Virus record (IMG/VR): IMGVR_UViG_3300014204_000129
Span: 47,444 to 111,443 of that record
DNA: 64,000 nucleotides
Direction: 5' to 3' (one strand)
Origin: a virus
Taxonomy: Duplodnaviria; Caudoviricetes
Shown here: in pieces, positions 9,265 through 21,441 of the stretch
How positions within the stretch are numbered: position 1 is the first letter of the stretch
Layout: every line of letters begins with the position of its first letter
Notes under the pieces: model-generated
Told to the model about the DNA's origin: nothing
The model's input: only the letters and a program-made list of their open reading frames with translations
Databases searched by the model: none
Made by a program: the position numbers and the translations under genes

Positions 9265-10545
9265 TTAATCTCCTAGTAATTTAGGATCTGCCCCCATAGT
9301 TAGAAGTACTTGTTCATATCGCGCAACTTTACTTGCTAACTGTCTAATAGCACCATTATGTAACCGAGCAAGTTTTTTGCCTGAGACGAAGTGATGGCCG
9401 TCCTCATTGTAATGAATAATACCCAGTTTACTAAGAAGTTGCTTATTGTCTTCAGTCCAGTCATCCCAAGCCTTGTCTAATGTGTTATCTACAGTATTAC
9501 ACAGTGCTACGTCATCTATGGAGTCGTAGGCACTACCACTACCATCATATAGATAGTCCCCGTCTTCATCAACAATAAATACAGTACTTGTATATGTTGC
9601 AATAACAAATGTATTGGCATCTGCCCCCTGCCAGGAGGCTCCTGTACCAGACTTCTTATAGGCTGCAAATGCTATAGGTGCTGTTGCCGAAGAGCTCTTT
9701 GTAGTATCGTCTAAAGTATAATATGCAATTCCTGTAAGAGCGTTGGCATGTGAAGAAAATCCCCAAAAGGCTAGACCACCATGAACGGCTGCACTTTTTT
9801 GGAAAGCACCATAAGTATCTGTTTCAGCATAAGAGGTTCCACCGTGTGCTACGTCATCTGATTTAAAAGCTAGTATCTGATTATCATATGTAGATTGATT
9901 TATAGTAATACCTACGGTCATATTAGCGTTTGAAGAATCATTAATATATAAGCACCTTTGTGCCCATATATCCCCTCCACCAGTTACAATAAACTTAGCA
10001 TAAGAATTATTGTAACTTCTAACAACGAATATATTAGCATTAGTACCAGGGACGGTAGAATTATCTGAGTCGGCCTTACCCGTATCTATAATAACATACC
10101 CAGTGCAACTGCCCCCTTTTGTAGTATCTTCTGTCGTGCCAAGCCCAACAATTTGTATACCTTTATAAGCTGTGCTAAAACCACGTAACATTACTCCGCC
10201 TGCACCAGTATCTGCTTTAGAAAAGCTACTAAAGGTATCTGCTTCTGTGTATCCTGTAAAGCTATGAGAAACATCACTGGATTTTAAAGCAAGTATTTCA
10301 TTATCAGAAGCACCCTGATTAATAGTAAGTCCGATAGTCATTAGACCATTAGCACTATCATTAATATATACTTTACTAGTACTTATCTGTGCAGGGATAT
10401 CAACAGTATTTATAGCACGAAATGTTGGGATAGCGTTGGCACCACTAGTAGGCCCGGCATAGAAGGTGTTAGCAGGCTCTGTGCCAGATACCCCACCAGT
10501 ATTTACTATATTCTTTATGCGACCTAATGAATCAAGTACTCTCAT
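9265..10545 (-). CDS. Tail fibre/spike protein with an internal ~140-aa duplication and helical C-terminal domain
   Basis: Repeats YINDSAN..MTIGLTINQ..DNEILALKS.DV.H and YINDSSN..MTVGITINQ..DNQILAFKS.DV.H. Confidence 0.7.
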   Translation of the reverse strand: MRVLDSLGRIKNIVNTGGVSGTEPANTFYAGPTSGANAIPTFRAINTVDIPAQISTSKVYINDSANGLMTIGLTINQGASDNEILALKSSDVSHSFTGYTEADTFSSFSKADTGAGGVMLRGFSTAYKGIQIVGLGTTEDTTKGGSCTGYVIIDTGKADSDNSTVPGTNANIFVVRSYNNSYAKFIVTGGGDIWAQRCLYINDSSNANMTVGITINQSTYDNQILAFKSDDVAHGGTSYAETDTYGAFQKSAAVHGGLAFWGFSSHANALTGIAYYTLDDTTKSSSATAPIAFAAYKKSGTGASWQGADANTFVIATYTSTVFIVDEDGDYLYDGSGSAYDSIDDVALCNTVDNTLDKAWDDWTEDNKQLLSKLGIIHYNEDGHHFVSGKKLARLHNGAIRQLASKVARYEQVLLTMGADPKLLGD

Positions 10546-10580
10546 ATTTAATCCTTATATTGACACACAGTGTCTACCTC

Positions 10581-12437
10581 CTATGAGGGTATGCGGTGGA
10601 TGGAAACCCAGTTGTGGAAACCCCACTCAGACAAAGATATGGAACCACCAGAGAGTTGGTATAGACCAATTTGTAGTGTGTCTCCGATGTTCAGCCACAC
10701 ATCCGCGCTTCCATGAAGCGTTTTTGTTTGAGCAGTCGCGCCACTCGCAATGTAATCATTGTCACTAAGCTCAGGAGAGTTCACTGTGCCATTGATGACA
10801 ATGTGGAAAGTAGCAGCTTCTCCGAGAGCCCAGGCAGTGCTGGCCGCGAATGTTATACGTGCATCCACATGGTAGATGCCCGGTGTTTGTGCTGTGAAGC
10901 GCCAATTTGAACCTGTGATGACCCAGCCGCAGTTGTCATACACCTTGTCTTCGAAGTTCACTCTGGCATCTGCGCCATAACCAATGCTCTGCTGTGCGTT
11001 GGTACTATATCGCACCGCAGGTTGCCACTCATCTCTCGTGCTCACCGCCCCCGGTGATGCTGGCATCCCGCAGTCGTACAATGCCTTGACCTCGGTAGCG
11101 GAGAGGGCGCGAGGGAGAATGAGTAGGTCGTCAATGAGGCCGTTGGCCCACTCACCTGGTGTTGTATTACTCCCGACGGTGAAGTGATCGGCAGAGGCTG
11201 TGCACGCCGCCTGAGCGCCACTGTTTAGTAAAGTACCATTCATGTACAGGGAAGTTATCGCCCCGTCATAGGTGACGACCAAGTGATGCCATGTATCGAC
11301 ACCGAATGCCTGAGCGCTAATTATACGTGTTGCCCATGGTCCCCAACAGCCGATGACATTGCCCTGATCGTATCGCAGGATCACATATCCAGTACCACCA
11401 TCATACTGGAATAGATTCTGGGAAACGGCTGCCACAGTCTTGTCCGCAACAATCATCATCCAACCAGCAACCGTACCTGCCCCCAATGCCAGGTTGCCGA
11501 CATATGGATAGTTGAACTCGGCAGCCGTCCGGCTACTTGTACTCGCGTGCGCCGTACCCGACCAGGTGTGACCACTGCCGAGGCTGCCGTCGCAGTAGGG
11601 CGTGGCGTAGGCTTTCAATTCAAGTTGAGCTGCATCCATATAGACTGTGCTATTAGCAGCGATGAACTGAATGGCCAGCATCGCAGCTACCGTGTTAGCA
11701 GGTGCCACGACAGTTGCGCTGATCCGGGTCATCGCAGAAGTGCTGAGTCGTGAGGTAATGTCTACCTCAGTAGCAGCAAACCACGCCCCGCCAGCGTTAT
11801 ACCAATTGACCTCATACTTGACCAAGGCACCGGCTGCTAGAGTTACTGCCCCAAGATAGGCAGAGACCGAAAGAGATGCCCCGGCAGCGATAGCCACACG
11901 CCCCCCGGCTCCTTTCGCGGCATTGGCGTACATCTCGAAGGTTGACTTGCTGTTGCCGTAGGTAAATGCCAGCTTATAGCACGCTACCCCATAAACGTAG
12001 TTGACAAGATCACGACTGGCAACGAGCACAGAGGTGCCAAAGCCATTATTGACGGTATTGCAGTCGGTGGCATTCACTTCAGCAGAGGGATTTCCTGCAT
12101 AGTTGGTCGTAGCCTCTGCTACCTGAAGTGCCTTGCCAAACTTTCCTGGTCGCCAGATGACTCCTGTTCCAGCGAAGGAGCCGACCTGTCCGAGGTGCCC
12201 ATTCGGGTTGCCGGTGAAGTCAGTATTATAAGGCACTGGGCCATCAAAGTGACTAATAAGCAATGCATCTGGAAATACATTAGCAACGGGATTAACAGCC
12301 CTAACCCACTTACTGGTAGTCGCATCATATACCATTATATCATTATCTTGAGGGCTGCTTATATTGACGTCAGCAAGATCATCAAGGCCCCCCGCAGATA
12401 CCTGCTTTATAGCACCGCTACTTGTTAGTACTCTCAT
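10581..12437 (-). CDS. Tail fibre/receptor-binding protein with LamG and C-terminal C1q-like domains
   Basis: LDDLADVNI motif, WHHLVVTYDG..LYMNG, GLIDDLLI.RALSA.EV, FTAQTPGIYHV. Confidence 0.8.
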   Translation of the reverse strand: MRVLTSSGAIKQVSAGGLDDLADVNISSPQDNDIMVYDATTSKWVRAVNPVANVFPDALLISHFDGPVPYNTDFTGNPNGHLGQVGSFAGTGVIWRPGKFGKALQVAEATTNYAGNPSAEVNATDCNTVNNGFGTSVLVASRDLVNYVYGVACYKLAFTYGNSKSTFEMYANAAKGAGGRVAIAAGASLSVSAYLGAVTLAAGALVKYEVNWYNAGGAWFAATEVDITSRLSTSAMTRISATVVAPANTVAAMLAIQFIAANSTVYMDAAQLELKAYATPYCDGSLGSGHTWSGTAHASTSSRTAAEFNYPYVGNLALGAGTVAGWMMIVADKTVAAVSQNLFQYDGGTGYVILRYDQGNVIGCWGPWATRIISAQAFGVDTWHHLVVTYDGAITSLYMNGTLLNSGAQAACTASADHFTVGSNTTPGEWANGLIDDLLILPRALSATEVKALYDCGMPASPGAVSTRDEWQPAVRYSTNAQQSIGYGADARVNFEDKVYDNCGWVITGSNWRFTAQTPGIYHVDARITFAASTAWALGEAATFHIVINGTVNSPELSDNDYIASGATAQTKTLHGSADVWLNIGDTLQIGLYQLSGGSISLSEWGFHNWVSIHRIPS

Positions 12438-12775
12438 TATGTAGCATCTCCATAACCAGCTGTAAAGTCGGGGTTAGTAGTAGCTGCGGCTCCCCCCATG
12501 ACTGCTGTAATACTCTTAGTGGTAGTATCCAGCACTATAACCGACCCATCATCACCCCACTGCCAGGTATCACCAACCTCTAGTGTGCCTGACCATATAA
12601 TCCTAGTAGAGGCATTATTAACATACCGCACAGTTACTACTACATCAGCAGTATCTACATTACATATTGTTATAGAGCGTACCAATCGTCTTGCACTTGC
12701 GCCGGGTGCGGCTACTATTGTTACTGCCGCTGCTCCGTTTAGTGCACCATCATTAGCCCCTTCTGTAAAAGCCAT
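12437..12775 (-). CDS. Small virion protein
   Basis: VRSITICNVDTA beta-rich pattern, within the fibre cluster. Confidence 0.55.
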   Translation of the reverse strand: MAFTEGANDGALNGAAAVTIVAAPGASARRLVRSITICNVDTADVVVTVRYVNNASTRIIWSGTLEVGDTWQWGDDGSVIVLDTTTKSITAVMGGAAATTNPDFTAGYGDAT

Positions 12776-12794
12776 TACAAACTCCAGTATATAT

Positions 12795-14924
<2,130 letters not shown>

Positions 14925-17900
14925 TTACATACCCCACAGCAATTTTTCCCACTCATTACAAACATCGGACCAGTCTACACGAGCTGACTTAATATACTCA
15001 AGACAAGCATTTCTATATATATCTATATTATACCACATCTCTTTTGTATATTGAACAAAATTATGTATGTATAATTTATTTCTTGGGTCTGAGCCTGCAA
15101 AATTATTTCCAGAAGCACACAGTGTTTCAGGCAGGGCGCCAAGATTAGAGGTAATCATAGGTACGCCTGAAGCCTGCATCTCCAACCCGGTTAGGCAATT
15201 ATGGACTGCTACAAAATTAGATGTATAAGAATGGTCTTGCTCTACCCCAAGATTATAGACTTTTCCTGTATAATGAGATAGTTTTACTTCCTTTACTTTC
15301 ATATAAATATTTCCATTATATTCTAATACTACAGTATTTCCAGATTTGGGGGCATCTCCACCAAAAATATTATAACAATATTTTTTTCTAAATCCAATAA
15401 CATGATATGGTCTACCGTTTTTATGGGATACTAAGTGATATGGGTAAACACCTATAGATTCTAATAATATTATAATATTGAGCGCTCCTGTCTCGGAAGC
15501 AATTTCTAATAAGGCACCTGACTCTCGTATATGACCATCTCCATTAAATACCCCCCTTATAAAAGCTTTTATAAAATCCGAACTTTGCTTATAAATAAAT
15601 AATGGTATAGTCTTATGACGAGCAGTGTGAAAGAACTGCGCTTTTAACCAGGTTCCAAATACAAAACTAGAAAGGGTAACAGTTCTAGTGTTATTATTAA
15701 TGCGAACTTGGGAACGTATTCCTAGCCTATGGGCCACAGCCTCTATACGGTCAGAGTACGCTTGCTCCTTTTTATGTAGAGCAAACGTTATATTACTACT
15801 ACAATATGATCCTTCAGCAAAATACATACCCAAGAACCACGCAAATTCTTCGTCTAGTGTTATAAATCTGGGTATGCCGCCCCCTCGTCCAGAACGAACT
15901 CGTATACGCCCATCAGAATATTCTGAATAATTGGAATTTATACTCTGTAAATCTTTTAATATATCCATTGTTATAGAGACGTGACTTGTAGGGGGCACTG
16001 GTAACTGAACATAATCACCGACCGTAATTGTACTAGCACAAGCCCACTCTGGTTCAACTAACAAACTATTATTGCTATAACCTTGGCCATATCTATAACC
16101 CTTTATACGTTTTACTTGGTCTCCTGTAAGGCGACGTATTGGGTGCTCAGGGGTATACATGCCAACCAAACCAGAAGAATTCTGTACCTTTAGAGATACC
16201 AATTCCCCATCATAGTCCCTACTCATGATTTTTTCTATAGGCATAAATCTATTATTATGTGTAAGTACTTTATCATTTATAGTAAGGGATACTATAGGTT
16301 TATTACCTTCTTCTGTAAGTATCATATTATCAGGGTGGCAACAAAAACTTTCCTGGAAGTTATTGGGATATAAGCACAGTGTAGCATCTGACATTTCAGC
16401 ATATAGATCCTCTTTCTTTAATCGGCCAGTAAAGTGTACATTATAAGGTGCTGCCTTAGTTAATATTCTATCTCTATACATTTCTGTCTGTCTACGCCAG
16501 CTCTCATCCCCCCAAGTTGATAAACCTTCCCAACCATAGGTAACAGTTAGTTTCAGATCTGGTAACTCTTTTATAAGTATTGGCCAGATATCTAATAACT
16601 CATCTAGACCCCTATTGGGGTTAGAACTATATATCATCTTATTGGGATCTTTGAGAGTAGGTCTAAACTGTTCTTTTCTTATCCCTAGATTAATAATTCT
16701 AAGATTATTAATAGCATCTCCAAATCTCTCTGCTATAAGAGTACTATGCCAAGTTGAGGAGCACACTACACGATCAATGCCTGAGAATGTAGTTGGGGCA
16801 TTAAAGTAGGCATCCTGTAGCCAAATAACCTTCTTAGCAGAAGATTGTAAGCTATCAAACCATCTAGAGGTTATAATAATATCAGGGTTCATATCCTGAA
16901 AACTACTTAGTTTATTATAAGGTATGTAGTTAACATGCTTCCACACACCCTCTTCATCACACTTAGAGAATAAGAACACATTATGCCCACGGGCCGCAAG
17001 TTCTCTTGATAATTCTATATAAGTAGTCTCAACTCCCCCCACTCCTACCTCATTTATCATATTAGGATAGACAGGCTCAGGAGTATCCCCCAATGTCATA
17101 AATATGTTCTTTCGTCTAGATGATTGTATCCAAGTAATATTGTTTATTGCAGGAGCATCTGGAATATCTTCTACTATATCTCGTGCACACTTTTCTACCT
17201 TTGGCGAGTATAGGTGTAACTTATCATAACAGATTAATAATGAAACTTTTATTAATGTATTATAGTACATTGGATTAACAAAGAGTATATCTGTGGTTGG
17301 GAAGGGTAAGTTAACAGCCTGCTCTAGTACATTAATAGCCGCTTCCCAATCCTTCTTCTTCATAAATATATCAGCCTTTAGTGCGTATGCTTCGGCCATT
17401 CTATTATCTATTTCTATAGCACGGTCTACCCACATAAGTGCATTAGTATATTCTCCTAAGCCTTTCCAGCATGTTGCTATATCATAGGCAGCCTGCCAGC
17501 GCTCACCTTTAAATACCCCATTTAAATCTAGGTATTGTTTATAAGCATCAATAGCCTGTAGGGGTCTACCAAGGTCTTTATAGGTCCTTCCAAGATAGAA
17601 CCATGCTCTGCCATCTTTAGGGTTACTCTCCAGAAACTTAAGAAGTATTTCTATATATTTTAGTGAGCGAAGATTATAACTCTCTGGAGTCCTGTGTGCA
17701 TGCTCGTGATAGAACTTTATATCAGGGTCTTCTATAGGTGTAGTATTGCCAACAATAGCTTCATGCACTCCAGGACCGGAGAAGAACCAACACTTATTAT
17801 TCTTCCATAAGCGGGGTCGGTAATAAGCACAAACAACGGGATCTCCTTCTACAATCAGTGCGGACACGCAGTCTACACCTTTCTCAGCCCAATCCCGCAA

Positions 17901-18185
17901 CTTACCCACACCCTCTGTTGCTATCTCATCTGCGTCCATAAATAGGATATAGTCACCAGTAGCAAGTTTTAGAGCCTCATTCTTAGTAGTGACAAAGTCT
18001 ACAAAAGGTGTCTCATGGAGCTTTCCATACTCACGTATAATATTCTTAGTGGAGTCGGTGGAACCTGTATCTACAATGATAAACTCATCCACAGTACTCT
18101 TTATGGCAGCTAAACTCTGTCTTAGAATCTTCTCCTCATCTTTAACTATCATAACTAATGATATTGTTGCCATTAAACTTTCCAC
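14925..18185 (-). CDS. GT2-TPR-GT4(GT-B) fusion glycosyltransferase, intein-containing
   Basis: MIVKDEE, VDTGSTD, MDADE, VHE; TPR repeats; GGVET; YSSNPNRGL; spliced ESF|CLTGLEMQASG. Confidence 0.9.
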   Translation of the reverse strand: MESLMATISLVMIVKDEEKILRQSLAAIKSTVDEFIIVDTGSTDSTKNIIREYGKLHETPFVDFVTTKNEALKLATGDYILFMDADEIATEGVGKLRDWAEKGVDCVSALIVEGDPVVCAYYRPRLWKNNKCWFFSGPGVHEAIVGNTTPIEDPDIKFYHEHAHRTPESYNLRSLKYIEILLKFLESNPKDGRAWFYLGRTYKDLGRPLQAIDAYKQYLDLNGVFKGERWQAAYDIATCWKGLGEYTNALMWVDRAIEIDNRMAEAYALKADIFMKKKDWEAAINVLEQAVNLPFPTTDILFVNPMYYNTLIKVSLLICYDKLHLYSPKVEKCARDIVEDIPDAPAINNITWIQSSRRKNIFMTLGDTPEPVYPNMINEVGVGGVETTYIELSRELAARGHNVFLFSKCDEEGVWKHVNYIPYNKLSSFQDMNPDIIITSRWFDSLQSSAKKVIWLQDAYFNAPTTFSGIDRVVCSSTWHSTLIAERFGDAINNLRIINLGIRKEQFRPTLKDPNKMIYSSNPNRGLDELLDIWPILIKELPDLKLTVTYGWEGLSTWGDESWRRQTEMYRDRILTKAAPYNVHFTGRLKKEDLYAEMSDATLCLYPNNFQESFCCHPDNMILTEEGNKPIVSLTINDKVLTHNNRFMPIEKIMSRDYDGELVSLKVQNSSGLVGMYTPEHPIRRLTGDQVKRIKGYRYGQGYSNNSLLVEPEWACASTITVGDYVQLPVPPTSHVSITMDILKDLQSINSNYSEYSDGRIRVRSGRGGGIPRFITLDEEFAWFLGMYFAEGSYCSSNITFALHKKEQAYSDRIEAVAHRLGIRSQVRINNNTRTVTLSSFVFGTWLKAQFFHTARHKTIPLFIYKQSSDFIKAFIRGVFNGDGHIRESGALLEIASETGALNIIILLESIGVYPYHLVSHKNGRPYHVIGFRKKYCYNIFGGDAPKSGNTVVLEYNGNIYMKVKEVKLSHYTGKVYNLGVEQDHSYTSNFVAVHNCLTGLEMQASGVPMITSNLGALPETLCASGNNFAGSDPRNKLYIHNFVQYTKEMWYNIDIYRNACLEYIKSARVDWSDVCNEWEKLLWGM
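15198..16343 (-). mobile_element. Intein with LAGLIDADG homing endonuclease (382 aa) in the glycosyltransferase
   Basis: Starts CCHPDN, TPEHP block B, LGMYFAEG and IRGVFNGDG, ends VYNLGV..H.Y...VHN|C. Confidence 0.9.
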
Positions 18186-19450
18186 TCTAAGACATTATTA
18201 TCATACTGCGCGACATCAAAGTAGAACTGGCCATACTTACCCATAAGATACTTATTAGTAACTTCAATAATACTATCATTTACTTTAGTATCTTTCTTAG
18301 TATGGTACACAACGTGAGGAACTATGCCAATCCTATAGCCACGCTTACGTATCTCAACTGAGTAAGAGGTATCTACTGCGGTATTGCCATCAGGGAGAGC
18401 CTGGTCAGGGACTATGTCACCAACGAGGGTGCTGTCTACTAATATAAAGTAACCTGTGGCCCACTTAGTCTCTCGTAACTGTAGTCCACTTACGTTATAG
18501 CCATTCTTTATCCAATCAGGATCAAAGGTAGAATAGACATGCGCTGCTGCCCACTTATTTTGTATAAGGGCTTTTATAGCATCCTTTATAGTATCTTTGT
18601 GTAAGAATTGTATATCATCATCAAGGAATATCCAGTATCGTTTGTTCGTAGCTAAGAAGTCTTGCCTAAGTAGTTCCATATTAATATTTATAGGGCCATC
18701 ATTTACTTTAACAATAAATGGTACATTAGATAGATACTTCTTTACTGAGTCTAATAGTGTTGGTAGATATGTAGTACGATTGGTAAATGTACCCATTACT
18801 ACATCATCAGTAAAGCACGCCCCTACGTCGGGCAGGGGCTTCCTTGCAAATACAAACGCCGATGGTGTGCCATACCCATCATAATTATAACTATCAATAA
18901 TCTCATATCCTATATTAACAAGAAGATCTGTCAATGACTTTAATGTGTGCCCTGACATATGAACCTGCCCCAGTTCAAAAGGTTCATCCTCAGTAGGATT
19001 AATTACCTGATCACTCATCTGGCAACCATATATAGTATATATAGCTTTAGTCCACTGGTCGCCCTCAGTACTCTCTAGGAACCATTTCATACAGAGCTCT
19101 ATATCTGGAACACCAAGCTCTAATGTTCCCCCTGGAGCCAGAATATCGAACCAATGCCTAAGTGTTCTTTCTATACTACGCTGAGGCAGATGCTCCAGAC
19201 CGTGCTGTGCTATAATCTCATCCATAGAGTCGTGTGGATAAGGCAGATTTCGCATATCACATAGTAGATCTGCTTTATCACACGCTATATCAATATTGAT
19301 ATAATTATCTAGGTGTACACTGCCGCAGCACAGGTGTAGTCTACGTTCACGGTTTCCTGGTTTAAACCACTTTTCACGTTGCCAGGCCACAAGTTTATTT
19401 CTATTCTCTAACAACTCATTCGTTATATACATACCACACTCCTGTATCAA
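18173..19450 (-). CDS. SAM-dependent methyltransferase fused to a GT2-like domain
   Basis: LHLCCG, NIDI, HGLEH, LAPGGTL.L.VPD; C-terminal IFLDDDI. Confidence 0.8.
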   Translation of the reverse strand: MIQECGMYITNELLENRNKLVAWQREKWFKPGNRERRLHLCCGSVHLDNYINIDIACDKADLLCDMRNLPYPHDSMDEIIAQHGLEHLPQRSIERTLRHWFDILAPGGTLELGVPDIELCMKWFLESTEGDQWTKAIYTIYGCQMSDQVINPTEDEPFELGQVHMSGHTLKSLTDLLVNIGYEIIDSYNYDGYGTPSAFVFARKPLPDVGACFTDDVVMGTFTNRTTYLPTLLDSVKKYLSNVPFIVKVNDGPININMELLRQDFLATNKRYWIFLDDDIQFLHKDTIKDAIKALIQNKWAAAHVYSTFDPDWIKNGYNVSGLQLRETKWATGYFILVDSTLVGDIVPDQALPDGNTAVDTSYSVEIRKRGYRIGIVPHVVYHTKKDTKVNDSIIEVTNKYLMGKYGQFYFDVAQYDNNVLEWKV

Positions 19451-19461
19451 TTATATGCTAT

Positions 19462-19821
19462 TTATACAGAAGTGTCAACCCACAATAAGCCTGAGTAAGT
19501 CACTGTCGGTTCTGTATCACTTACTACCACAGCTTCTCCCCAGTAAATATCTCCAGTCCCGTCTGCCTGTACAAACTTACCCAAAGTCTCACTATCACTA
19601 TCTATAGTAGAATTAGGAAACTTGCTACTTGAGTCAAGCGCTACTAGTGTATTAGGGAGTGGTGTATCACTTGCATGTATATTATCAAGAGTGTCTGCGT
19701 TGGTTTCGGGAATAGCAGGGGTGCTTGTTGTTCCACTACCAACATATGTCGATAGTCCCCCAGCAGCTTTAGTACCTAGTAACTTTCTAAGGTCTCTTTT
19801 ATTTATATATTCTTTCTTCAT
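19462..19821 (-). CDS. Minor tail/fibre adaptor protein
   Basis: NADTLD and VSDTEP..G.LWVDTS motifs. Confidence 0.55.
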   Translation of the reverse strand: MKKEYINKRDLRKLLGTKAAGGLSTYVGSGTTSTPAIPETNADTLDNIHASDTPLPNTLVALDSSSKFPNSTIDSDSETLGKFVQADGTGDIYWGEAVVVSDTEPTVTYSGLLWVDTSV

Positions 19822-19833
19822 AAATCATATTCC

Positions 19834-21441
19834 CTAGAGTGCATAATCTTCATATGCAACTAATACTCCGCGGACATTATATTCCAGTCCGTAAGCCATC
19901 CACTTTATAGTATTCAGGTCTAGAGCTTGCAGCACGCTAACCTTATATGCGTCTATATCATATATAGTGCCTTCTAGGTTAGGATTAATAAGCTCCTTTA
20001 CGTCCTGTAGTGCTACAGAATAAGTAGGCACCCAGCTACCGTCCGCAGCATATATTCCTGTACGAGATTCTAAGGTTCCTTTGCCAACCCAGCGTAGCCA
20101 GGGCAGTCTGTGCATAATACCATAACTGGGATTGATATTTATTGTCTTAAGATTACCAGTATGATCTGTGGCATCACTTGGATATGAAACATTGTCACCG
20201 CACAGCCAGGTAACCAGTGGATGCGTATAAGCAGCCCGATAGTCCCCATCATTATCAGCCATCTCTATAATATCAGAGACTAGAAGATTGAGATCAGTAT
20301 CTTCTACTTTATCTTTATGAGTCCATAATGGTAATGTTGTGCTGCGACAATCAGCAGGAAGCTTTCTTATATAAGCCTCAAAGACTGATACACTAATCCC
20401 AGCCACAGTACCCAAGTCTATTCTATAAGTATGAAATTTTGTTAGTGCTTCTGTACCGTAACCACCAGTTCCTATTAAGGATAAATCAAAAGTATATAAT
20501 GTGGTACCTATGGTGTCAATACGGGGCAGTTCTACAGGAGTAAATACATCACCACCAGGTAAGTCTCCAGGGGTATCAGCACCACCGAAACCGCCCCCCC
20601 ATTCTCCATGATGATCAAAAGACTTTAATTTTACTTCTAGATAGTTACCCTCTAAGTCAGTCTCATTTATACGTATACCTAAGTACAACTCTCCCCAACC
20701 TCTATAAGTAAAAGCCAGGCTATCTAGAATTGCAAATGCACCACCTTGAGTATGCTCTAATCTCTGTGTATAAGATGGTGTATCATTATGACATATCTTG
20801 TTATATACAAAGTCCTGTGCAGCAATAAGTTTATTGAAGTCAGCAGCAACTGGTGTGACCTCACCATCGAATACGCTGGGTTCCACATATGCAGGTAGCC
20901 CTACCCAACCATCCATAAATGCGTAGAAGATCTGCAAGTCACCGCCAGTTGTGCCATTAGGGGGCTTGCTTAGACGCCTAAACCTAACCATAATCAAACT
21001 ATTCTGTAACGCGTAAGTACTTAGATCATAAATATTATATTGAGTATTGTTAAAGAACCTGGGATTTGGGTCAGTAGTTTCTGTTATAGTCTCAGTGTCC
21101 AAAACTAACCATTTGTATGTGCTATCAAGTGGGTCCATTGCCCATATCTGGAGTTCCATAACAGTGCTCCAGGTTTCCTCACTACAACTTCCAGACCAAT
21201 AAGCACTAATATGAAGATTAGGGTGCTCGGCACGGTAGGTGGTGGCTCCTATCCAACAGACACTTGAATCCCCAATAGGCACCTGTGTGCCTACTCCTCC
21301 TATAAGCTTTTGTTTGAACATACTATACACAAACAATGACTGCCCGTATAACCACTGATTGCGTGCAGTAAGGATGTTTAGTCCAGTTTTAGCACCAAGT
21401 GTTTGCCCATCTATTACAGGTTTAAAATAAGGATACTCCAT
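19834..21441 (-). CDS. Tail tip/baseplate protein
   Basis: Position downstream of the tail hub; aromatic, beta-rich. Confidence 0.5.
   Translation of the reverse strand: MEYPYFKPVIDGQTLGAKTGLNILTARNQWLYGQSLFVYSMFKQKLIGGVGTQVPIGDSSVCWIGATTYRAEHPNLHISAYWSGSCSEETWSTVMELQIWAMDPLDSTYKWLVLDTETITETTDPNPRFFNNTQYNIYDLSTYALQNSLIMVRFRRLSKPPNGTTGGDLQIFYAFMDGWVGLPAYVEPSVFDGEVTPVAADFNKLIAAQDFVYNKICHNDTPSYTQRLEHTQGGAFAILDSLAFTYRGWGELYLGIRINETDLEGNYLEVKLKSFDHHGEWGGGFGGADTPGDLPGGDVFTPVELPRIDTIGTTLYTFDLSLIGTGGYGTEALTKFHTYRIDLGTVAGISVSVFEAYIRKLPADCRSTTLPLWTHKDKVEDTDLNLLVSDIIEMADNDGDYRAAYTHPLVTWLCGDNVSYPSDATDHTGNLKTININPSYGIMHRLPWLRWVGKGTLESRTGIYAADGSWVPTYSVALQDVKELINPNLEGTIYDIDAYKVSVLQALDLNTIKWMAYGLEYNVRGVLVAYEDYAL

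Noticed and set aside
9265-10545. Diversity-generating retroelement template/variable repeat
   Set aside because: The duplication is diverged at all base types, lies within one ORF, and no reverse transcriptase is in the window
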